Under the pieces are notes generated by a model that saw nothing but the letters and a program-made list of their open reading frames with translations, was not told the DNA's origin and made no database searches. Positions 55,672 to 63,662 of a stretch of 64,000 nt of DNA are shown here, piece by piece (within the stretch, counting starts at the first letter, position 1; each line of letters starts with the position of its first letter). The stretch is from Candidatus Stahliibacteriota bacterium (lineage in GTDB: Bacteria; Hydrothermota; Tepidihabitantia; B3-TA06). Location of the stretch: positions 640-64,639 of the forward strand of contig SOJW01000068.1 in the NCBI GenBank assembly GCA_004375895.1, read 5' to 3'. Made by a program: the position numbers and the translations under genes.

Positions 55672-56865
55672 TTACTCCGCGTGCACTATTGAGTAATTCT
55701 GTTGTATAAAGGGCAACGGCTCCCCGACAATGTCTTTCAGGTTGGTGAAGTAACAGGGCAGGCCCCGGGCGGAAAGTATATCCGGACCGTCCATCAGGTG
55801 GAAGTGAAGATGTGGGCAATCGGAGTTTCCGGTATTACCAAGATGACCGATAACCTGACCTTGCTTCACCTTCTGACCTTTTCTTACCTTAAGACTGCCA
55901 GGAATAAGATGGGCATAGAACGAATATTCACCGCCGGGATGTTTCAATATTACGTAGTTACCTGCAACTCCAGCCACGAAACCACACGTTTCTTTAAGCG
56001 TGTCCCATTGCTCCTGAGGCAATCGAGAACCAAGGCCAGGCGGATTATCCGGCATCCCATCAAAACAACTGACGACTTCGCCATCAGCTACAGCATAGAC
56101 ATCATTTCCATAGAAACAGTAATCTTCGCTGGCAGCTCTAGGATCTGTAACCAGCCAGAAATCCGGAGTAAGCTGAACAAAATCCACCGCAAACTCCTGA
56201 CTGTACATCTTGCGATGCCCGTAGATGTAATCGTAGTTCTCGCCTGCTAACCACGCTCCCTTGAGTGGAAAGATGTAGCTATTCTTATTATCGTACTGAA
56301 CAACCGGGATGCTGCAGGAAGCCTTCTCTTCCATGCCGTTTTGGGTGTAGAAGACCGTAACAACACATTCGTCAACCGGATACTTGTCAAGGACCTTGAA
56401 GTGCTGAAGCACGAGACCCAGTTCTTCGCCAGGGTTAAGTAGAGGCGTATCGCTTATACGTTCATTATCCCAGAATCCATCGGTGCCGAAAACCATCCGG
56501 GCAACTTCACCATGGATATTCTTCAGATGTTGTTTTAGATCTCGAGCCAGACTTCCCGTTATCTCTTCAGGATAGGCGACCTGTTTTACGGTTTTTCCTT
56601 TTGCCTTGACGTCGAACCGAAATCCTGTTATCGTAACTGGATTAGAGGTGTTATTCCTGGCCCTAACTCCACGAAGGAGAAAATCGGATTCCACCTTGCC
56701 AGCTTCCTCCCTTGGGGCGTTGATAACATAGCCCTGAGGAAGAATGGTTATCCCCACTGCATTCTGCTCATGGGCCTCACCTTCTACGACCTCGGTTCCC
56801 TTTGCAAGCATATTCGCTGCCCAAAGAGAAAGAAAAAGAGTTACAACGACCTTGGCTTTATTCAT
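55672..56865 (-). CDS. Secreted M23 family metallopeptidase
   Basis: Signal peptide; HR...FAVD, YAHL, GNTGNS..PHLHF. Confidence 0.88.
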   Translation of the reverse strand: MNKAKVVVTLFLSLWAANMLAKGTEVVEGEAHEQNAVGITILPQGYVINAPREEAGKVESDFLLRGVRARNNTSNPVTITGFRFDVKAKGKTVKQVAYPEEITGSLARDLKQHLKNIHGEVARMVFGTDGFWDNERISDTPLLNPGEELGLVLQHFKVLDKYPVDECVVTVFYTQNGMEEKASCSIPVVQYDNKNSYIFPLKGAWLAGENYDYIYGHRKMYSQEFAVDFVQLTPDFWLVTDPRAASEDYCFYGNDVYAVADGEVVSCFDGMPDNPPGLGSRLPQEQWDTLKETCGFVAGVAGNYVILKHPGGEYSFYAHLIPGSLKVRKGQKVKQGQVIGHLGNTGNSDCPHLHFHLMDGPDILSARGLPCYFTNLKDIVGEPLPFIQQNYSIVHAE

Positions 56866-56912
56866 CTTTGCTCCTTTCTAATAAACCAATAGAACCATAA
56901 GGTTCCAGGGGT

Positions 56913-56966
56913 CACGTCTCTATCTGTAACTTCGATTGGGTTTTGATTCGGAAACTCCGGATGCAT
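56913..56966 (-). pseudogene. Frameshifted 5' remnant of a DUF2156 paralog
   Basis: MHPEFPNQKP(+1)IEVTDRDV versus MHPEFPNFKPIELEDRDF. Confidence 0.7.
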
Positions 56967-57161
56967 CGCGTTGCCTCCTTATGGATTAACATTATTGATT
57001 TATAGGCGTATATTCTCCACTGTCAAGCCACCTCACCTTCCTTGACCTCCCTAATCCAGGCTGTGATGAACAGATACCCGGCAGGTGTTACCTGATAAAG
57101 AACGCCAGCACCAATCCACCTGATATTCCCATACTAATCCAAAGCCACAACGTGAAACCTC

Positions 57162-57479
57162 CTAGGCCTTTGCCAGCGCGGCCGCGTAGCTTTTGCGGAC
57201 GTAATCCATGATCTCTTCAAGCTCAGAGCAGTCCGCAACCACCACCTGCATCCAGCCGCCGATTGTTTTGCCTTTTGACTCGAACGCAAACGCCTCGTGC
57301 TCGGCGGCAAGGCTTTCTCTTGATTCATTGTCTAGCTGAGTGATGACAACGCTGTCGTCAACAAAAAATGCAAACAGCTTGCCTTTGAGCATGTAAGCCA
57401 GACACCCGAACATGAACCTGGTGGTAACGTGCGGCCAGGAAAGGACCTCTGACTCAAACGCCAGCCGCAGATCCTTCAT
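57162..57479 (-). CDS. TfoX/Sxy N-terminal-like protein
   Basis: RFMFGCLAYMLKGKLFAF, WMQV, YVRKSY. Confidence 0.75.
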   Translation of the reverse strand: MKDLRLAFESEVLSWPHVTTRFMFGCLAYMLKGKLFAFFVDDSVVITQLDNESRESLAAEHEAFAFESKGKTIGGWMQVVVADCSELEEIMDYVRKSYAAALAKA

Positions 57480-57544
57480 GTCCGATTCGGAGTAGTACTT
57501 GATGGTTTATCTTTTCGTGACCACAGAATCTGTCTATCCACGAT

Positions 57545-57988
57545 TCAGCCGTTGATTTGCTTCTTCAGTGCCTCAAAACACACGTTCCACATCTTCTCGA
57601 ACCATTGCCGTGCCTCTTCCCACTCTTCTGAGCTTCTCCAGCCGGAGTGGATGAGTTGGACCTCGGTAAATCCATCACCTGGAATAAAGAAGACCACCAC
57701 GTGGGTGAGTGGATCGGCGGCATTCATGAAGTCATTGTACTGCTTCGGCCCTTTCCATTCAAAGGAAAGGAACTTGTCCTCTTTGATTGCGGTTATCCTG
57801 CAGCCGATGGTAGAATCGTACTGCTTGTCCTCTGGATTCCAGAAGAGCTCGTATTTTCCGCCTACACGCGGCTCAACGTCCGCCTCTTCCGTAAGCCAGC
57901 TTTCAAGCTTCTCGTTGACGGTGAGCATCTCGAAAGCCTGATGCACATCGCAGTTCAGCATAAGTGAACGATGGATGATCTTATCCAT
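57545..57988 (-). CDS. SRPBCC/AHSA1 domain protein
   Basis: AFEMLT..EKLESW, EPRVGGKYEL, FLSFEW, TEVQLIHSGW. Confidence 0.85.
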   Translation of the reverse strand: MDKIIHRSLMLNCDVHQAFEMLTVNEKLESWLTEEADVEPRVGGKYELFWNPEDKQYDSTIGCRITAIKEDKFLSFEWKGPKQYNDFMNAADPLTHVVVFFIPGDGFTEVQLIHSGWRSSEEWEEARQWFEKMWNVCFEALKKQING

Positions 57989-57998
57989 ACGCTCCTCC

Positions 57999-58577
57999 TT
58001 ACTTTCCCGGCCACTCTGTGGATTCAGGCTTCTCTTTCGGGCTGGTGTAGACTTCAATCGTGTTGCCCTGAGGGTCCATCACAGAAAATCCCCAGTAGCT
58101 ATCCTGCCGCCACTGTGGATTATCAGAAAAGGTCTTGACCCCGGCATCCTTGAGACGCTTTACGGTTTCGGCAAAGTCTTCCTCCGGTATCTGGATGGCC
58201 CATGAGGTTACGTGCAGGCTGCCGCCATCGTAGCCGGGCTGCCACGCCCAATCCTTGAAGACGGGTGCTTCCTGCCCGGAGTAGAAGAACATGAGGTAGA
58301 CACCCTCGCATGGATAGGATAGATACCCGAACTGCTTTTCGTTGAAGAAAGCCTGCTCCTGCATCCCCAACAGATCGGAGTAAAAGTGCCTCATCGCCTC
58401 TATGTCGCTGCACAGGGAAAAGATGAATCGCACGTTGATCTTGGGCACCTTCTTCTCGGGAGCTTTTTCGGCTTCTGCCATATTGTTCTCCTCTGGTTTA
58501 GGTGTTTTACGCAACAGACAACAGCCTTGCATAAGTGACGCAAGCAAAACTACTATCAGAACCAACCTGAATTTCAT
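57999..58577 (-). CDS. VOC/glyoxalase family protein with lipoprotein-like signal
   Basis: LMQGCC; MRHFYSDLLG, YWGFSVMDPQGNTIEV. Confidence 0.85.
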   Translation of the reverse strand: MKFRLVLIVVLLASLMQGCCLLRKTPKPEENNMAEAEKAPEKKVPKINVRFIFSLCSDIEAMRHFYSDLLGMQEQAFFNEKQFGYLSYPCEGVYLMFFYSGQEAPVFKDWAWQPGYDGGSLHVTSWAIQIPEEDFAETVKRLKDAGVKTFSDNPQWRQDSYWGFSVMDPQGNTIEVYTSPKEKPESTEWPGK

Positions 58578-58638
58578 ACACTATCCTCCTTAGGGATCAG
58601 GGAACCTTTGTTCATCCATAGCTTCTCGTCTCTCCAGT

Positions 58639-59913
58639 TCAACCACCCTCCCCCATCGCTTTCTTTACACGGGCAATGCCGCGGTCGGCCTTCTCAACTT
58701 CGTGCTTTGCACCAATCTTTACATACATCTCACGAGCACGTTGAAAATAGGATAGGGCTTCTTTGAACTGCTTCAATGTCTCATAAACCACACCGATGTT
58801 GTTGAGTTGGTTAGCCTGGACTTCTGGATTCCCGATTTGTTCAGCGAGTTTTAAGGAACGCTCATGATACTCAAGCGCCTTCTCTGTATCCCCCAAGTCA
58901 CCGTAGACATTGCCAATGTTGCCGAGGGCGTTAGCCTGAATCTCTAGGTTCCCGATCTTCTTCGCTATCTTCAGCGCCTTCTGGTGATAATCAAGCGCCT
59001 TCTTTGGCTCGCCCAGGGTCTGATAGACAAGGCCAATGTTGCCAAGTTGGTGGGCTTGGCCCTCGAGTCTGCCGATCTTTTTGTTGATCTCCAGCGCCCT
59101 CTCGTGAAACTCAAGCGCCTTCTGTGGCTTGCCTAAGGTTTGATAGACAAGGCCGATGTTGCCGAAGGCATTAGCTTTGCTTTCAAGTCTGCCGAGCTTT
59201 TCTTCTATTTCTAAGACGCGATTGTAGAACTCAAGCGCCTTTTCTGGCTCGCCCAAGGTTTGGTAGACATTGCCGATGTTGCCGAGGACACTAGCCTGAA
59301 TTTCAAGGTTGCCGATCTTTTCTGCTACCTCCAACGCCTTCTGATGATACTCCAGCGCCTTGTGCGGCTCGCCCAGGGTTCGATAGACAAGGCCGATGTT
59401 CCCGAGGGCGGCGGCCAGCGCTTCTTCGATTTTAGCATTCTCGGCGATGCGGATCATCTCAAGGAAGGTCTGCTCGGCGTCCTTCCTGTCGCCTTTATCA
59501 AATTGGCTCAAACCAATCAGGTTCAAAAGCGCGCAGCGCTCGTTGTCATCTGTCTCTAAGTTAAAGACTTCTTGGAACTTATCAATCGCCTCGGCATGGT
59601 GATACTTGTCCATTGCATCAAGGCCCTCGTCAAGGAGTTTGGCCTTGTCGGGTTCGGTAGTTTGGGGCAGACCATCAAGGTAAACGGGTAAATTCCTGAA
59701 CTTCTCTTCCAAGATTCTTTCAAATTTCTGCTCTAGGTCTGTAGTTATATCTTGCTTTAGTTTTTCTTGCTCTTCCCTCCTGCGGACCTCCTCTTCCTTC
59801 CGTTTCTTTTTCTTTCTGCATTCTTTAACGAGAAACCAAATGAACCATCCAATTCCGACAGCGGCGCCAACACCCCCTAAGGCTTTAAGGAAAGTCACCC
59901 AAAAGGGACTCAT
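58639..59913 (-). CDS. Membrane-anchored TPR protein with 40-aa (120-bp) tandem repeats
   Basis: Repeated A..LGNIG.VY.TLGEP.KAL.YH..AL; leaderless promoter TTGACA-16-TATGAT at 59919-59946. Confidence 0.88.
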   Translation of the reverse strand: MSPFWVTFLKALGGVGAAVGIGWFIWFLVKECRKKKKRKEEEVRRREEQEKLKQDITTDLEQKFERILEEKFRNLPVYLDGLPQTTEPDKAKLLDEGLDAMDKYHHAEAIDKFQEVFNLETDDNERCALLNLIGLSQFDKGDRKDAEQTFLEMIRIAENAKIEEALAAALGNIGLVYRTLGEPHKALEYHQKALEVAEKIGNLEIQASVLGNIGNVYQTLGEPEKALEFYNRVLEIEEKLGRLESKANAFGNIGLVYQTLGKPQKALEFHERALEINKKIGRLEGQAHQLGNIGLVYQTLGEPKKALDYHQKALKIAKKIGNLEIQANALGNIGNVYGDLGDTEKALEYHERSLKLAEQIGNPEVQANQLNNIGVVYETLKQFKEALSYFQRAREMYVKIGAKHEVEKADRGIARVKKAMGEGG

Positions 59914-60000
59914 ATCACATCATACCGTTGACGCTCGCTCTGTCAAGGGATTTACCCCACGAACTCGCTGCCTCTTCGCGGGCTCTATCTAATCCTCCCG

Positions 60001-60879
60001 TTAGAATCTTTCAAGTATCTCTTTCTTCTTCGCCTCGTACTCCTCGTTGGTGATTAAATCATCCTCAAGCATCTTCTTGAGCGTTTTGAGCCTGGCAACC
60101 AGGGCATCGGTTTCGTCTCCAGTCTCAGGCTTGGGTTGTTCCCCTGAAGGCTGTTGCTGAGGGGTCTGACCGACCTGATCGCTCTCCATGGGCTTGCCCA
60201 GAACCTCCTGGAACTTATCCATCTCCTCCTTTGGGATGGAGATGCGCTTGATGTTGAAGTTCACTATCTCGACCCCGTAGCGGCCAAACTCGCGGGATAT
60301 AGCGCTGCCGGTAAAGGTGGAAAGCTCGTTCAGCTGGGCGTTCGCCTGGAAAACGGAAGTCTTCTGCTTCTCGAAGAACTCGGCCATCGCATCGGAAAAC
60401 TTTTGGTCTATCTCGCCGATAAAGTGTTCCTCTATCCGGGCTGTATCAGTCATCTTGAGTGTCCCGACTATCTGAGTAACAAAGCTGCGTGAATCGGTAA
60501 TTCGCAGACCCCAACGTCCATAGGCCCTGACATTGACAGGGTAGTTGTATACCGAATCAATGATGGGTATGGGGGTCTTGGTTCCCCATTTAAGGTCACG
60601 TCTCACCGTCTTGTTGACAAACCAGACCTCTGCGGTAAAAGGGGTATCTCCGCCGAAAGGCAGGTTGACCAGTCGGTGAAGCAGGGGCAGGTTGCCTGTG
60701 GAAAGGGTGTGGGTGCCCGGACCGAATACGTCAAGGGCCTCTCCCCTCTTGACAAAAACCGCCTCCTGGCTCTGGCTCACTACAAGCTGGGAGCCCAGTC
60801 TGAGCTGTTCACCTGGATACCGCCATACAAGTATTTCCTCAGACGGGGCATCAAACTTTATTCTATCTACGACTGCCAC
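60001..60879 (-). CDS. SPFH (virion core/YdjI-like) protein with C-terminal SHOCT domain
   Basis: LVVSQSQEAVFVK.G, FGPGTHTL.T.NLP, PFTAEVWFVN, WGT..PI; L..LKKMLEDDLITNEEYEAKKKEIL. Confidence 0.85.
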   Translation of the reverse strand: MAVVDRIKFDAPSEEILVWRYPGEQLRLGSQLVVSQSQEAVFVKRGEALDVFGPGTHTLSTGNLPLLHRLVNLPFGGDTPFTAEVWFVNKTVRRDLKWGTKTPIPIIDSVYNYPVNVRAYGRWGLRITDSRSFVTQIVGTLKMTDTARIEEHFIGEIDQKFSDAMAEFFEKQKTSVFQANAQLNELSTFTGSAISREFGRYGVEIVNFNIKRISIPKEEMDKFQEVLGKPMESDQVGQTPQQQPSGEQPKPETGDETDALVARLKTLKKMLEDDLITNEEYEAKKKEILERF

Positions 60880-60906
60880 TTGCTACCTCCTGGAACCAAA
60901 AGCTCA

Positions 60907-60970
60907 CCCGTAACACCCCAAAAACATACCCAAAAGATACCCAAAAGATACCCAAAAGATACCCAAAAGA
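60907..60970 (+). repeat. CCCGTAACAC followed by 11-bp CCCAAAAGATA tandem array
   Basis: Directly visible. Confidence 0.85.
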
Positions 60971-60986
60971 AGAGTTACCATCCCGG

Positions 60987-61436
60987 TTAATACCAGGGTT
61001 TGGGCGCTGCAATGATCTGGATCAGGGTGGTGATCGCCAGAATAACAACGATCAGCATTATCCCCCCGGAAATCCCAATCGCTATCCAGGCGAAAACCTT
61101 GCCCTTCGGCTCTTTCTTGAGCGCTATGATCCCAACGATAAGGGCAGGGATAAAGGTGATAATAACCGCGAGTCCGACGAGCGCCAGAACGAACGCTGTA
61201 ATCGAGAGTGTTTGAGAGGTTAATCCTGCCCCGACTGCAGGTGCTGGTACTATCTCTTGCTGGGTTGCTTGAGGTGAAGTGGTGGGTGTTACGGGAGGTG
61301 GTGTTACGGGTACGGGTGTTACGGGAGTGGGTGTTACGGGTGCGGGTCTTACGGGCTCCGCCCCGCAATGAGGACAGTAGGTTGCATCAGGGGGAAGCTC
61401 TGAGCGGCAGTACTCGCAAATCCTTCTATCACTCAT
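60987..61436 (-). CDS. Zinc-ribbon + Pro/Thr linker + DUF4190-like membrane protein
   Basis: CEYC..CPHCG, PVT repeats, SITAFVLALVG..GIIALKK..G...AWIAIG. Confidence 0.82.
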   Translation of the reverse strand: MSDRRICEYCRSELPPDATYCPHCGAEPVRPAPVTPTPVTPVPVTPPPVTPTTSPQATQQEIVPAPAVGAGLTSQTLSITAFVLALVGLAVIITFIPALIVGIIALKKEPKGKVFAWIAIGISGGIMLIVVILAITTLIQIIAAPKPWY

Positions 61437-61842
61437 CCTCCCTCCCTTGCAAACCCAACAAGCTGAGATTTGCGTCTTCCTTCTTGAAATCCTGCTTCAT
61501 AGTTAATCTCCATGAATTTGAAACTTACGAAGTTCCTATTAACAATACTCCTTGGCAATTAATTGTCAAGCTAAGCCGACCCTCAAACGGTTGCAAAACA
61601 ATTCGAGAGAAGCATTTAAAATCTGCAGATTGAACCTCGTTTCACTCATTTCCCTTCGGTAGAACTCCTTGCAGTCGTTCTCCTTCGGAACGCAGATTTC
61701 GCGGATTAAGAAGGGGCGACAGCCCCTTCTTCCATTACTACCTCCCCCTTGACGGGGGAGGATAAAGGAGGGGGTGATTCATAGGTTTCACCCTCCCCCT
61801 ACCCCCTCCCGTCAAGGGAGGGGTAATTGGGGCGAAGCCCCT

Positions 61843-61872
61843 GCAATCTTTTTACCGAGGGTGAAAAGGAGC
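61843..61872 (+). repeat. Covarying hairpin element, copy 5
   Basis: GCAATCTTTTTACC-GAG-GGTGAAAAGGAGC. Confidence 0.75.
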
Positions 61873-62132
61873 ATTGAGGCAAGCTGCAAAGGGCGCAGAT
61901 AGATAATAAATAGGATTTTATCCGCAGATTGACTTCGTCGCAAGCGTTCGCAGATGACGCGGATTAGGTTGATCCCTCCGTCCGCTCCTTTGGAGCGGCC
62001 ACCTCCCTTACGCAAAGCGGCAGGATTGCCAAAAGGGAGGCAACCTTAAACGTCTCCCTTACCAAGTGAGAATCAAAGAGGGATCAAATGTCCCACTTAT
62101 TAAGGGGGAACTAAAGGGGGATCAGATTAAAC

Positions 62133-62159
62133 GTAGGGGCCGGTTTTCAAACCGGCCCG
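62133..62159 (+). repeat. GTAG-headed REP hairpin, left of nuclease-like gene
   Basis: GTAG-GGGCCGGTTT-TC-AAACCGGCCC-G. Confidence 0.8.
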
Positions 62160-62167
62160 ATTATTGG

Positions 62168-62794
62168 TCATTTCCAACGTTCGAGTTTTGCTTTTGAATT
62201 GTGCTTTAGTAGAGTGATGTTATGTTCCTTGCAGGCGTTCTCTGCCACACTCTCAATGTCCTCATTCTGTATCCAATAATAGTCATCAAACAGTATGAAA
62301 ACTACCCTTTCGGATATTTCTAGGTCTCTAATAGTCACCAATCTTTTAAGGTCCTTCTCAATGTCTTTCTGCGGAATTCTGTAATATCGACCGACTGCAT
62401 AGTGGAAAAATTTTGCCTCAGCACATAATAAGAACCTTTCCGGGCTGTCTTCCTGAGCTATTATTAAATCTACTTCCGGCACTTTTCCAAGTTCTTTTTC
62501 TAGGACTTCTAATTTATCTCTAAATGTGTAACCTGGAAAATTAGAGTCTTTTAGATTAACATTAATGTGCATTTCAATACCCGACAGTGAGTGATTAGCT
62601 AATTGGTCATAGAAGAACCTACCAAGTTGCACCATCAAATCGTATTCATTCCATAATATCCAGTGCTCCGTCTTAGCCTTTTCTTCATCTTCTCTGCCTA
62701 GAGACTCAGAATATTCGCGCACCCTTTTATCGTAATCGTTACGAAATGCATCCCATGCCTTTTCGAGTAGCTCTTCTGCGTTGATGTCAGGCAT
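62168..62794 (-). CDS. AT-rich hypothetical protein, PD-(D/E)XK-like
   Basis: EYDL..QL, VPEVDLII...CAEAK motif; SD AAGGAGG; promoter TTGATA-16-TATAAT at 62889-62916. Confidence 0.65.
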   Translation of the reverse strand: MPDINAEELLEKAWDAFRNDYDKRVREYSESLGREDEEKAKTEHWILWNEYDLMVQLGRFFYDQLANHSLSGIEMHINVNLKDSNFPGYTFRDKLEVLEKELGKVPEVDLIIAQEDSPERFLLCAEAKFFHYAVGRYYRIPQKDIEKDLKRLVTIRDLEISERVVFILFDDYYWIQNEDIESVAENACKEHNITLLKHNSKAKLERWK

Positions 62795-62822
62795 TTCGCC
62801 TCCTTGTAAGTTTTGTCTTGTT

Positions 62823-62849
62823 CGGGCCGACCTAAAGGTCGGCCCCTAC
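62823..62849 (-). repeat. GTAG-headed REP hairpin, right of nuclease-like gene, inverted orientation
   Basis: Reverse complement GTAG-GGGCCGACCT-TT-AGGTCGGCCC-G. Confidence 0.8.
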
Positions 62850-63385
62850 GAACTACGAACTTTCTGTTTTCTTCGTTTTCATACATTTATTATAGGCAAG
62901 AACCATTAGATATCAAGATCTAATCTTCTCCTTCAATTGTAGTTAAATCAACCCAAAGGAAGCCTAAGCTGTAAATCTGTTTTGTCAAGTCCTCTCAGAC
63001 GCAGTGCTGGCGCGGGTTTGCGGAGGCAGTGTCGTAAGTTGCGGGATTTCAGTGTGTAATCTTTGCGTTTTAAGACGGTTTTTTATCCCTCCCCCTTTAT
63101 CCCCCTACCCTATGGGGCGCAGTAAAATTGGCGCCCCAAGGGGCACGCTGTCCACCAGGGAGGGGGAACTTTCCTTTTGGAGTGCAACAATCATATTGTT
63201 GCCGCAATGACGCGGTCATTGTACTCCATAATCCCCCCTACCCCCCTTAAAAAGGGGGGCTTTGAGAGGCCTCCCTTATCAAGGGAGGTGGCCGAAGGCC
63301 GGAGGGATTCTTATTAAGGGGGACACAGGGGGATCAAAATCTGCGGATTTATTCACCCCAAGAGATATAGCTACATTGACCGCCC

Positions 63386-63512
63386 TCAAAAAATCCCTGT
63401 AATCAGCCCTAATGTCTGCTCAACCCTCCCCCGCTCCAAGCCATTCGGGCAGACTCGCTCATCACCGGTTAGCCTCGCCTTGCAATACTCGCAAAACTCT
63501 TTCCTTAGCCAT
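63386..63512 (-). pseudogene. Frameshifted zinc-ribbon gene remnant
   Basis: SD AGGAGG, MAKER then +1 frame FCEYCKARLTGDERVCPN, resembling the 60987-61436 N-terminus. Confidence 0.5.
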
Positions 63513-63662
63513 TTTCTCCTCCTGAGAGAAACCTAAACTAACGACCTATAATAATCACAACCCTTACAAAAATCAACCCACTACCCCGCTATCTATCGGC
63601 GCACGAACTTCATCCGTTTGACACCACCAATCTTCTGCCTATAATCAAGGAAAGGAGGCACA

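Noticed and set aside
61286-61355. 15-bp repeat as independent proof of a mobile element
   Set aside because: It encodes a plausible Pro/Thr linker; counted among decamer hits but weak alone.
46600-63350. Integron, IS or prophage explanation for the accessory region
   Set aside because: No tyrosine or serine recombinase, DDE/HUH transposase, RT or phage structural gene recognised; no clear RYYYAAC..GTTRRRY attC pairs seen.
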